A DNA stretch of 64,000 nt from an uncultured Saprospiraceae bacterium (GTDB lineage: Bacteria > Bacteroidota > Bacteroidia > Chitinophagales > Saprospiraceae): contig CAYRYD010000014.1 in the NCBI GenBank assembly GCA_964428345.1, positions 28,514-92,513 on the forward strand. The letters run 5' to 3'. The notes below the pieces were generated by a model, which made no database searches, was not told the origin of the DNA, and worked only from the letters and a program-made list of their open reading frames with translations. Of the stretch, positions 46,775 to 55,661 are shown in pieces. Every line of letters starts with the position of its first letter. Position 1 is the stretch's first letter. The translations under genes and the position numbers were made by a program.

Positions 46775-48532
46775 CTACATCGGTTTCTGAGTTTTCCTCC
46801 TAACCCGGGCTACTTCTTGCGGAGTCACGGGTGATGCCGCATTACCGAAGTTAGAGCGGATATAAGTCAGCACCTCCGCAATTTTTTCATCCGTGAGATA
46901 GCCATGCTGTGGCATTGCGGCATTGTACAATTCTCCATTGACATTGATTGCACCTTCCATGCCATGGAGGACAATATGAATCAGCCTTTCCTTATCGCCG
47001 GTTACCCAATCCGTTTCAGCCAGGGGAGGAAACCGTCCCGGTGCACCCTTACCGTTCATCTGATGGCAGGTGCCACAATAAATCCGGTAGGTTTCAGCGC
47101 TCAAATCGGTTACATCCTTTAACAGATTATCTTCAATGGGGTCCGGGTTGCGCAGATGTGACAATGATTTGCGGTCCTCCATTTTCTGTAACTGCTGTAC
47201 GCCAAAAGTCTCCTTGTCACCCTTGAACATGACCCGCCAGATTTTCCCTTTTTCGGTATCGCCCAGATAAAGCGATCCATCTGGTCCCTCCGCCAGACCC
47301 ATAGGCCGGTATACCGCATCGCTTACATTGACGATCGGATCGACCTGAGCAAAACCATCGGCAAAGACCTCCCAACGGTTGTCGGGCAACCCGTTGGTAA
47401 ATGGTATGAAAGCCACGAAGTATCCCGACTGCGGATAAGGCGCCCGGTTGGTCGATCCGTGAAAAGCGATAAAGGCGCCATGCTTGTACCGTTCCGGAAA
47501 CTGATCTCCCTGATAATACAATAAATCGTTGGGCGCCCAATGGCCGGGAAATCCCATAATTGGCTTATCATAGCCCTCACAGCGACCGATGATCTTTCCG
47601 TCGCCCCCATATTCAGGTGCCAGTACCTTCACTTCATTGATCTGATCGTAAAAACAATAAGGCCAGCCAAAATCCGAGCCTTTGGTGAGTTTGACGAACT
47701 CCTCGGAAGGATAGACCGCGCTTTCCCAGGGCGTAAAAATGGCTGGAAACAACCGAAGCAGGTCGTCCCGTCCATGTACTACCGCATAAAGGTTTTCATC
47801 TATCGGATTCCACTCCATAGCCACGATACTTCGCAGACCGGTAGCAAATTTCACCCCATCTTTCTGCCTTAACCCGGTTTTACCGGCATCGAATTGCCAG
47901 ACACCGGCGTGGTCTTCCAAATGCGGACAGGGGTCCAGTCCAGGCTGACCCGGTGTTCTTTTGGGTTGCTGACAGGCATTGGAAGGGGCTCCAAAGGCTA
48001 TGTAGATATGACCTTCCTTGTCGAAAGCAATGGGTTTGGCGATATGTTCATGGGTACCATGCTCATGGTCATCAACAAAGACCTCTTCCATCGGCGTGGT
48101 GGGTATCAGTGACTGCCCTTCCAGTTTCTGCCGGTAAACTACCAGTTCGGAACTGTAGTAGAGGTACCCATTGTGGATGCGCATGGCGGTACCATATCCC
48201 TGGGCGCCCAGGTAATCGCCAAATTTTTCCACAATATCTGCTTTCCCGTCGCCATCGGTATCTCTTAAGGCAGCATTTCCGGGAGCATTACGGTGTCGCC
48301 GTAACTTCACAAAGATGTCTCCATTGTCCCGGACTGCCAACTGGCGCGCCATTCCTTCAATGCTGTCAATCACCACCAGGGCTTCAAACCCCTCCGGAAG
48401 GAATAATCCACCATTGGCGGGATCACCTGGTGGAAGGCGGTCGGATGAACAGGCAGCTATCAATATCAAAGCCATGATCATTGTCAAGAAAGCTATAGAT
48501 GAGGGGATACCTGTTGCACTTCGATTCTTCAT
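46775..48532 (-). CDS. PQQ-dependent sugar dehydrogenase (sorbosone/glucose dehydrogenase-like propeller) fused to a C-terminal c-type cytochrome domain; lipoprotein
   Basis: 585-aa ORF with lipobox LILIAACSS. Propeller-type repeats follow (e.g. GP.DGSLYLGD). C-terminal heme motif CGTCHQ followed by ...MPQHG. Confidence 0.85.
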   Translation of the reverse strand: MKNRSATGIPSSIAFLTMIMALILIAACSSDRLPPGDPANGGLFLPEGFEALVVIDSIEGMARQLAVRDNGDIFVKLRRHRNAPGNAALRDTDGDGKADIVEKFGDYLGAQGYGTAMRIHNGYLYYSSELVVYRQKLEGQSLIPTTPMEEVFVDDHEHGTHEHIAKPIAFDKEGHIYIAFGAPSNACQQPKRTPGQPGLDPCPHLEDHAGVWQFDAGKTGLRQKDGVKFATGLRSIVAMEWNPIDENLYAVVHGRDDLLRLFPAIFTPWESAVYPSEEFVKLTKGSDFGWPYCFYDQINEVKVLAPEYGGDGKIIGRCEGYDKPIMGFPGHWAPNDLLYYQGDQFPERYKHGAFIAFHGSTNRAPYPQSGYFVAFIPFTNGLPDNRWEVFADGFAQVDPIVNVSDAVYRPMGLAEGPDGSLYLGDTEKGKIWRVMFKGDKETFGVQQLQKMEDRKSLSHLRNPDPIEDNLLKDVTDLSAETYRIYCGTCHQMNGKGAPGRFPPLAETDWVTGDKERLIHIVLHGMEGAINVNGELYNAAMPQHGYLTDEKIAEVLTYIRSNFGNAASPVTPQEVARVRRKTQKPM

Positions 48533-48697
48533 ATCCTATCTGCTTCAATGCTGTTAAAAATCGGCTTTTCACCTGAGAAATCCGGTCTTCCTGATAAAAA
48601 GAATTTTCTGTCCTTTAGAGTTACAAGATACCAATCACCCGGTCATGAACCTTTTCCTGACCCTTTAGGGGATCACCATTCTACCGTAACCAAGGTC

Positions 48698-48734
48698 AAA
48701 AAAAAAGAGGCCATTGAAATCAATCAATGGCCTC
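48698..48734 (-). terminator. rho-independent terminator of the RRM-protein gene
   Basis: Perfect 11-bp stem GAGGCCATTGA (48707-48717) / TCAATGGCCTC (48724-48734), 6-nt loop. On the minus strand it is followed by nine U residues (A-run 48698-48706). It lies 25 nt after the stop codon. Confidence 0.8.
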
Positions 48735-48758
48735 AACTGCTAATATTTATCGATTGGA

Positions 48759-49130
48759 TTATCGACGTCTGTCATATCCTCCCCGATCGCCTCGGTCACC
48801 TCCACGGTAACCACCGCCACCGCCCCGGTTTCCACCCCGGAATCCGCCGCCGCCTCGGTTTCCACCGAATCCGCCGCGATCACGATTCTCCCGTGGTTCG
48901 GCTTTCTTCACTACAATGGTACGACCATCCAATTCACTGTCATTCAATTCATTGATGGCTTCAAGGGCTTCATCATCATTGGGCATCTCCACAAATGCGA
49001 ATCCTTTTGATTTTCCAGTCATTTTGTCCATGATGACTTTGACTGAATCTACCTCACCAAACCGGCTAAAAGCGTCCTGAAGGAGCGATTCGGAGGTATT
49101 GAAATTTAATTTTGCTACAAAAATATTCAT
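48759..49130 (-). CDS. RRM-domain RNA-binding protein with a Gly/Arg-rich tail
   Basis: 123-aa ORF with RNP2 IFVAKL and RNP1 KGFAFVEM. The C-terminus has RGG repeats. Confidence 0.92.
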   Translation of the reverse strand: MNIFVAKLNFNTSESLLQDAFSRFGEVDSVKVIMDKMTGKSKGFAFVEMPNDDEALEAINELNDSELDGRTIVVKKAEPRENRDRGGFGGNRGGGGFRGGNRGGGGGYRGGDRGDRGGYDRRR

Positions 49131-49344
49131 GATAAAAGATTAAAAAAAAATTACATAACTAAGGGTGAGTACTTAAGCGTAGCATACAGAATCCTCAAAA
49201 TCACTTCTACTAGACATAAATAAACTCAACGCAATAACGAAGATACATGAACATTAAGTTCCAAGTCAAGGAAAAATTGAGATTTTTTTTTCGAATATAT
49301 TCTGACAAAGCTCCACTCAGCAATGAAACAGTGTACAATGTGAC

Positions 49345-50121
49345 TCAGGTCAGGAGAAAATCGACACACTGTAGCCAGAAGTCGGAGTACTGGGGCCAAT
49401 ACACAAAGTTCAGCCCCCAATGAGGAGCCGGGTCTGACATGTAAGCCAATACTTTCCCTCTGCCGTCTTCCCGGATCACCAGGGCCGGGTCACCCGTTTC
49501 GGCAAAACGAAGAATCACTTCTGATCCATCTTTTATCCGAACCTGATTGTAACCCAGAATCGGTGGACATCGTTCAAAATCGATGCCCGGGAACCAATTA
49601 ACCAGGGATTCCAGCCGAAAACCCTCGGTGCTTTCGACCAGATCCTCCATATCGAGACAGGTTACGGGCAACATTTCCTTGAGCCGGGTCCGACCCCAGC
49701 CCCCTTTGCCCACTTCGCCCGTAAAGGAATACCAACCTCCCAGAAACATGAAATGGGTTCCGGCATGCAACGCTTCGTGACTCAACCGGATCCGGTCGGG
49801 AAATGTCAGTGGCTTGTCTCCAAACTTTTGCCGGTCAAAAAACGAAGGTGAAAGTTGAAAAAGCTTGGCATCCACATCGCTAAAGATGATGATGTCATAA
49901 TCGTTCAAAACCTGCTCATATGCTCCGGGTCCCAGCTTGTTATAAAAATCCCATGCTGAAACCGATTCAACCGAGTGTATACCGGTACTCTCCAGGGCAT
50001 TCTTAAGCCAGATACCGTAGTTGAATATATCCAGTCCTTTATGAGAATAGTAGAAAGGGGTTTCAGCAAATACCGGTCCGGTCAGCACTGCCCAATCACC
50101 CACATAGTAGATCTTAGCCAT
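49345..50121 (-). CDS. putative class-I glutamine-amidotransferase-like protein (DUF1355-like)
   Basis: 258-aa ORF. The overall pattern (KIYYVGDW..., IIIFSDV...) resembles the DUF1355 family of putative glutamine amidotransferases. This is a weak call made from memory. Confidence 0.45.
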   Translation of the reverse strand: MAKIYYVGDWAVLTGPVFAETPFYYSHKGLDIFNYGIWLKNALESTGIHSVESVSAWDFYNKLGPGAYEQVLNDYDIIIFSDVDAKLFQLSPSFFDRQKFGDKPLTFPDRIRLSHEALHAGTHFMFLGGWYSFTGEVGKGGWGRTRLKEMLPVTCLDMEDLVESTEGFRLESLVNWFPGIDFERCPPILGYNQVRIKDGSEVILRFAETGDPALVIREDGRGKVLAYMSDPAPHWGLNFVYWPQYSDFWLQCVDFLLT

Positions 50122-50218
50122 GATTTCATCCGTTTAAAACGGACCTGAAAGTAAGTAAATTAGCTAACCCCGGGCCTATTCATGCCATCGGTCATTCAGA
50201 CAATTAAAATTCCCCTGG

Positions 50219-53200
50219 TCAGGGATTCATCGATTTACGGCAATCAAACACCCGGAGAGGGGCATTATTACAACCAACCAACACCAGTGATTTACCATTA
50301 TGATTGATGGTACTGAGGCTTTTGACATCATAAGGGACAAAAAATCCACTTTCTTTCTTTGATAATGGCCTGAAATGGCCGGTCCCATCACCCAACATCA
50401 GGAGACCGAATCCGCCATCAGCCCGGGTGGTCTCTACCTCGGCATCAAACATATTGCCAGCCATCAGGACATCGGGATGTCCGTCCTGATTAAAGTCACG
50501 GACGATAAAATCATTGACAGAAGAGATTTGGGCATCGGTTGGTAGCGGGTTAACCTGAAAGCGTCCACCACCCTGATTTTCGATGTAGAGACTGGCAAAA
50601 TTCGTTGCTTCAAGATGTAAAGCCTCAGCCAGCTTGTTTTCGCCATACACCTCAAAAACATCGGACGAAGCAAACAGATCGTAGTTTTCAAATTTCTCCT
50701 TGATCATCGGAACCTGCTGTGAGGAGCATTCCCGGCCCCTCAAAGGATACTGAATACCAAAATTATAGTAAGTCAGTACGACATCTTTTGAACCATTGTT
50801 GTCAAAATCGTAATAATAAACCTCAAATGGTTCTGCCTCACTCGCCTTGTATTTGTAATTCAACCCCAGGTTGCCAACCAGCAGATCATCATCGCCGTCG
50901 TGATCGAAGTCAGCTGCCTCCACACTAAACCACCAGCCTTTTTGAGCATCCAGAGCCGGTATTGACATTCTTTTGAAGCCAGCCCGCTGATTCTCCAGAA
51001 TGATCACCGGAGTCCACTCACCGACCAGGACCAGGTCCTGCAACCCATCCTGGTTGTAATCGGTCCAGACCACGTCATTAATAATCCCGATATCCCGGAG
51101 ATCCGGTGCCAGGTTGGCCGTTTCGTCCTTAAAAAATCCCTGTTCATTAACCAGAAAAATACTGCTGGCCGGTTCGGGATAAGCCCAGGGTATATGTCTT
51201 CCGGCAACCAGGAGATCGAGATCACCATCCTGATCGAAATCACAGGCTCTGACTTTTGAGCCACTGCTCCTGAAATCGGGTAATCTTTCCGGTTCATAAG
51301 TAAAATGACCTAACCCGTCATTCAGATAGAGCCGGTCCTGGTAGTTAAGATGGCCGGGGGCAAATTCATTGCCACCACTGACCACATACAAATCGAGATC
51401 ACCATCCTGATCGGCATCGAAAAATAAGGAACCGACATCCTCCCGGGATCTGTGATCTTTCAGGGCCTGACACTCCAGCGGTTTGAAAGCTGAGTTTTCA
51501 TCTTGCACAAACAACTGGCCAGCATTTCCCGCTGCACCGCCAATAAATAAATCGTCCAGACCATCACCGTTAACATCGCCGACCGAAATTTGAGGCCCCT
51601 GAGTCGACATTTTCTGAGGCATCAAGACCTGTTTTTCAAAATCGTCAAAGTCATTTTCCTGATGCTGATAATTGAAAGCAAAGCCAGCGGTAATGTCGGA
51701 GAATACCGGTAAAGATTTTGTGGTTGCCGACTCACCCGGTGGTGTTGATTCTGAGTACAGGACCGGGATCAGCTGGTTGCCTTTTATGTCCGTAAGAATC
51801 TGATGGCGTCCATCGGGCCAGGTGACCACTACAGTGTCTGCCATCGCATCTTTGCCCAATCCAAAATGAGCGATTAGTTCACTTTGAGAATACATACCAC
51901 GAACCCCTGTTACCTCAAAATACTGAGGTCCGCTTTTTGATTTTATTAATACTCTGGTACCGAGGGTGATTACCCCGGATTTATCGGCTACCGGCTGGAT
52001 CCTCAACCAATGATGATCTTCCTGCTGCGCTGCATTATTCTGATAGACAAAGGCCACATCATTGATATTATTGACAACCAGATCAAGATCACCGTCGTTG
52101 TCCAGGTCGGCATACGCTGAACCGTTGGAAAACGATTCCTGATCCATACCCCATTCCTTTGCTTTTTTGGTAAAATGCAGGTGGCCATTATTGGCATAGA
52201 CATAATTGGACAGTTTTTGGGAAGGCACGATTTCCATCGCTGTCTTGATATCGACCACGTCCCAGACCGTGATATCTGCCGGAGGATTGGGATGGTTTTG
52301 GATGTATTCAAACAATTTGGATTCGAGGTATTGGGGAAATTTCTTGGAAGCATCGTTGTTGCGGATATCCCGCATCAATCCATTGGTAATATGAATATCT
52401 TTCCAGCCATTGTTGTCGAAATCGGCAATAAGGGTTGACCAGCTCCAATCGGTATTGGCCATCCCTGTCATCTGGGCAATATCACTGAAATACCCATCAC
52501 CCTGATTGAGGTGCAGCATATTAAACATGTACTGATAGTGCCCACCCTCGTTGACCACTTTCCAGAAGGCTTTGGGATTCATACCGCTCATATTGGTTTT
52601 CAGGCGGTAGTTGTCTTCTGCCGCCATATCCACGACCATGACATCCAGATCACCGTCATTGTCAATATCCCCGGCATCAACTCCCATACTACTGAAAGAA
52701 ATGTGATTGGCCCTTTCGTAAAGCTCATTGGTAAAAGTACCATCTCCATTATTGATGAAAATCCAGTCTTCTACCCAGAAGTCATTGGCAATAAATAAAT
52801 CGGTCCATCCGTCGTTATTGAGATCACTACAGGTCACGCTGTTTGGAAACCCGGTCCTGGCCAAACCGGCCCGGTGAGTGACATCGACAAACCTTCCCCC
52901 TTCATTGGCATAGAGGCATAACCGGTATTCCGGCAACGAAAGATCGCTGTTCAGAAACCTGGAATAGTGCCCGGGATTCGGTGGCTGATTGCATAGCAGG
53001 AGATCGAGATCGCCATCCTTGTCATAATCGAGAAAGGCTGCATGCCGCGTACGGGCATCATTGTCAACCCCGTATTTTTCAGCTTCTTCTTTAAAAGTGC
53101 CATCTCCCTGATTGATGTACAGTTTATTCTTTCGCAACTCAGGATCATCGTCATAGAGCTCCCGGGTTACATAAATGTCGGGATGGCCATCCTGATTGAC

Positions 53201-53599
53201 ATCGCCAAAGATTACTCCGGATGACCAACCGCCATTGTCTTTGATGCCGGCTTTACGGGTTACTTCTTCAAATTTGAAATTACCCCGGTTGAAATACAGT
53301 TGATCGCCCACCTGATTTCCTGCAAAAAAAATGTCCTGCAGACCATCACCATTCAGATCCCCAATGGCAACACCCGCTCCCCCGTAAAAATTGGAGTAGA
53401 TCATGATGTTGTGTTCTTTGAGATCCTTCAGTTTATTATTAAACCGGATATTGGTCTGATCGGGAGAAAGCAGGGTAAACAGGGTATCCCCATTGGAGCC
53501 CTGGTTCCTTTCCGGAAGAGGCTGGAAAGCGCTCAGGCCCAGCAAAGCAAGAAACAACAGGTACCGCATCATTCTGTCGTAGTTTTGTTGAAGTTTCAA
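50219..53599 (-). CDS. VCBS/FG-GAP repeat protein with an ASPIC/UnbV domain (CRTAC1-like)
   Basis: 1126-aa ORF with a signal peptide and many DxNxDGxxD FG-GAP/VCBS calcium-binding loops (DLNGDGLQD, DVNQDGHPD, DYDKDGDLD and others). The central segment GTRVLIKSKSGPQYFEVTGVRGMYSQSELIAHFGLG is typical of UnbV_ASPIC. Confidence 0.88.
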   Translation of the reverse strand: MKLQQNYDRMMRYLLFLALLGLSAFQPLPERNQGSNGDTLFTLLSPDQTNIRFNNKLKDLKEHNIMIYSNFYGGAGVAIGDLNGDGLQDIFFAGNQVGDQLYFNRGNFKFEEVTRKAGIKDNGGWSSGVIFGDVNQDGHPDIYVTRELYDDDPELRKNKLYINQGDGTFKEEAEKYGVDNDARTRHAAFLDYDKDGDLDLLLCNQPPNPGHYSRFLNSDLSLPEYRLCLYANEGGRFVDVTHRAGLARTGFPNSVTCSDLNNDGWTDLFIANDFWVEDWIFINNGDGTFTNELYERANHISFSSMGVDAGDIDNDGDLDVMVVDMAAEDNYRLKTNMSGMNPKAFWKVVNEGGHYQYMFNMLHLNQGDGYFSDIAQMTGMANTDWSWSTLIADFDNNGWKDIHITNGLMRDIRNNDASKKFPQYLESKLFEYIQNHPNPPADITVWDVVDIKTAMEIVPSQKLSNYVYANNGHLHFTKKAKEWGMDQESFSNGSAYADLDNDGDLDLVVNNINDVAFVYQNNAAQQEDHHWLRIQPVADKSGVITLGTRVLIKSKSGPQYFEVTGVRGMYSQSELIAHFGLGKDAMADTVVVTWPDGRHQILTDIKGNQLIPVLYSESTPPGESATTKSLPVFSDITAGFAFNYQHQENDFDDFEKQVLMPQKMSTQGPQISVGDVNGDGLDDLFIGGAAGNAGQLFVQDENSAFKPLECQALKDHRSREDVGSLFFDADQDGDLDLYVVSGGNEFAPGHLNYQDRLYLNDGLGHFTYEPERLPDFRSSGSKVRACDFDQDGDLDLLVAGRHIPWAYPEPASSIFLVNEQGFFKDETANLAPDLRDIGIINDVVWTDYNQDGLQDLVLVGEWTPVIILENQRAGFKRMSIPALDAQKGWWFSVEAADFDHDGDDDLLVGNLGLNYKYKASEAEPFEVYYYDFDNNGSKDVVLTYYNFGIQYPLRGRECSSQQVPMIKEKFENYDLFASSDVFEVYGENKLAEALHLEATNFASLYIENQGGGRFQVNPLPTDAQISSVNDFIVRDFNQDGHPDVLMAGNMFDAEVETTRADGGFGLLMLGDGTGHFRPLSKKESGFFVPYDVKSLSTINHNGKSLVLVGCNNAPLRVFDCRKSMNP

Positions 53600-53826
53600 T
53601 TATTCCGCCTAAAATACAACTTATAACGCCGATTTTCACGCAGTTGTAGACCGTTCTTAGGGTAATGCCTCTTTTCAATTATAACGAATGAAGCAACACA
53701 TTTCAACATTTCTACCCGGAAAAATAGGTCAGGACACCGGGCAAATGTGTTGCAGAGGATTACTCCCCCAATGGCCGGTAGTTATTGACTCCACTTTCTT
53801 CTTCAAGCGTAGAAATAATAGTAATT

Positions 53827-55365
53827 ATGTACTGGTCAAAAATAACCTTTATGCACATTCTGCAGGTGTTGTCGCCGGTGTTGGGTTTGTTCGCTCTTAT
53901 TTTCCTGCTGAGCTGTTCAGACAAGAAAACTGAGGTGGTCTGGAACCTTAATTTACCCCGGCTTGGCTCTGAATCCTCGATCCGCACCCGGGATCTGACT
54001 GGCGACGGGATCCTGGACATCGTGCTGGGTGCCGGAGAAAACGAATATGTGGCCACCGATCAGGGTATCCTGGCTGTAGACGGTCATACCGGGCAGGTGA
54101 TCTGGGAGCAGGCAGCCAAAGACCTCGTGTTTGGTTCGGCGACATTTCTCGACGTCAACGGTGATGGGGTAGATGATGTGTTTATTGGAGGGCGATCCTG
54201 TATCCTGCAGGGGTTGGATGGAAAGACCGGAGATACACTGTGGACTTATCACCCCGAACGCTATGCGGAAGATCCGGTGCTATCACTTGCACGGAACAAT
54301 TTTTACAACAGTGTCCTGGTACCCGATCAAAACGGTGATGGCTACCAGGATCTGCTGATCCAGAACGGAGGCAATCCGAAAATCGGTCCGGGCGTCTGGG
54401 AAGGCCGGGTCGCCGGAATCCTGCTGATCATTGACTCCCGGTCCGGCAGCATCATTGCCGGAGATACCATGCCCGATGGGATGGAATCGTACATGTCTCC
54501 CCTGGCCTTCCGGCAAAAGGACGATGAGGAGTATTCGATCATCTTTGGTTCGGGCGGAGAGACCTTTGGAGGAAATCTCTACCTGGCGAAACTTTCAGAC
54601 CTTCGTAATCAACAATTGTCCAAGACGGCGCAGGTTCTTGCCTCAGAAGAGGGACATGGCTTCATCGCTCCTCCGGTACTGGCTGATATTACGAATGACG
54701 GTTATCTGGATATCGTTGCCATCTCCCATGCGAGCACCACATTTGCCATTGACGGCCGAAGTCTGCAAACCATCTGGCAGACGAAAGTCCCCGGTACGGA
54801 GTGCAGCAATAGTTTTGCAGTGGGTTATTTCACCGATGACAACGTACCTGATTTCTTCACCTTCGTCAGCAAAGGGGAATGGCCCAACAATACCGGATCC
54901 CAGCAGATCCTGCTGGATGGTAAGGACGGCAGCATTGCCTATCAAAACGACCTGGGTTGCACCGGATTCTCTTCACCGGTTGCGTGTGATTTGAATGGCG
55001 ACGGCCGCAGTGAAGCGATCCTCAGTATTAACGAATTTGATTGCAGTGCCGGCTTCAGTGGAGATATCGGCAACATTACCAATAAACTGATGGCCATCGA
55101 TTTTTCAACCGGAAGGGAATATCCGATCGATCAAAAGGAAAAATTCAAGAATATCTTCACCACCCCCTGGATCGGTGACCTGGATGGTGATGGGTACCTG
55201 GACATTCTCCATTGCCAGTATTACCACAGTACACCCTACATTACCGCGTTTCTGGGTTTTGAGCTGAGGCGGATCAGTACCCATATCAAACTCCGGGGTC
55301 CAGTCTCCTGGGGAGGTTACATGGCCACCCACGGAGACGGCATCTTTGACGGAAGGGACCAGTAA
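53827..55365 (+). CDS. seven-repeat FG-GAP beta-propeller lipoprotein
   Basis: Start placed at the ATG at 53827, with lipobox IFLLSC. Seven FG-GAP-like loops: DLTGDGILD, DVNGDGVDD, DQNGDGYQD, DITNDGYLD, FTDDNVPD, DLNGDGRSE and GDLDGDGYLD. Confidence 0.8.
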   Translation: MYWSKITFMHILQVLSPVLGLFALIFLLSCSDKKTEVVWNLNLPRLGSESSIRTRDLTGDGILDIVLGAGENEYVATDQGILAVDGHTGQVIWEQAAKDLVFGSATFLDVNGDGVDDVFIGGRSCILQGLDGKTGDTLWTYHPERYAEDPVLSLARNNFYNSVLVPDQNGDGYQDLLIQNGGNPKIGPGVWEGRVAGILLIIDSRSGSIIAGDTMPDGMESYMSPLAFRQKDDEEYSIIFGSGGETFGGNLYLAKLSDLRNQQLSKTAQVLASEEGHGFIAPPVLADITNDGYLDIVAISHASTTFAIDGRSLQTIWQTKVPGTECSNSFAVGYFTDDNVPDFFTFVSKGEWPNNTGSQQILLDGKDGSIAYQNDLGCTGFSSPVACDLNGDGRSEAILSINEFDCSAGFSGDIGNITNKLMAIDFSTGREYPIDQKEKFKNIFTTPWIGDLDGDGYLDILHCQYYHSTPYITAFLGFELRRISTHIKLRGPVSWGGYMATHGDGIFDGRDQ

Positions 55366-55376
55366 ACCCCAATCGG

Positions 55377-55565
55377 GATCAGTAATCTCACAGAGAGATC
55401 AATAAGCCCGCCAGGGATTGATGAGCTGTCTGTACCGTTTCGCCCAAGCCGGGCTCTGCCCTCTTTCCAAGCCGGATCAGTAAGCCCGCGGGGATTGATG
55501 AGCCCATTTCGCGAGAGATCAGTAAGCCCGCGATAGATCAGTAAGCCCGCCAGGGATTGCTGCCT
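55377..55565. repeat. cluster of five copies of a GATCAGTAA(GCCCGCCAGGGATTGATGAGC) motif
   Basis: Copies begin at 55377 (9-nt core only), 55397 (30 nt, one substitution), 55475 (29 nt), 55517 (about 15 nt) and 55536 (about 29 nt). All are direct and lie in the convergent intergenic region between the FG-GAP gene and susD. Confidence 0.7.
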
Positions 55566-55605
55566 GTCTTCCTGGGCCTGGGCGAATAAATTCGCCCCTC
55601 CAAAC

Positions 55606-55639
55606 AAAAAAGGCCGTGCCTTTCGACACGACCTTTTTT
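55606..55639. terminator. probable bidirectional terminator between convergent genes
   Basis: A6 run, then stem GGCCGTG (55612-55618) / CACGACC (55627-55633) with one mismatch, then a T6 run (55634-55639). It lies 22 nt from the susD stop. Confidence 0.55.
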
Positions 55640-55661
55640 ATTAATTTAATAAAATTCAAAC

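Noticed and set aside
55317-55607. 96-aa minus-strand ORF with repeated GLTD/GLLI/GLID peptides.
   Set aside because: It lies entirely on the intergenic GATCAGTAAGCCCGC repeat cluster and overlaps the 3' end of the FG-GAP gene. Its peptide periodicity simply mirrors the DNA repeat, and it has no credible start context.
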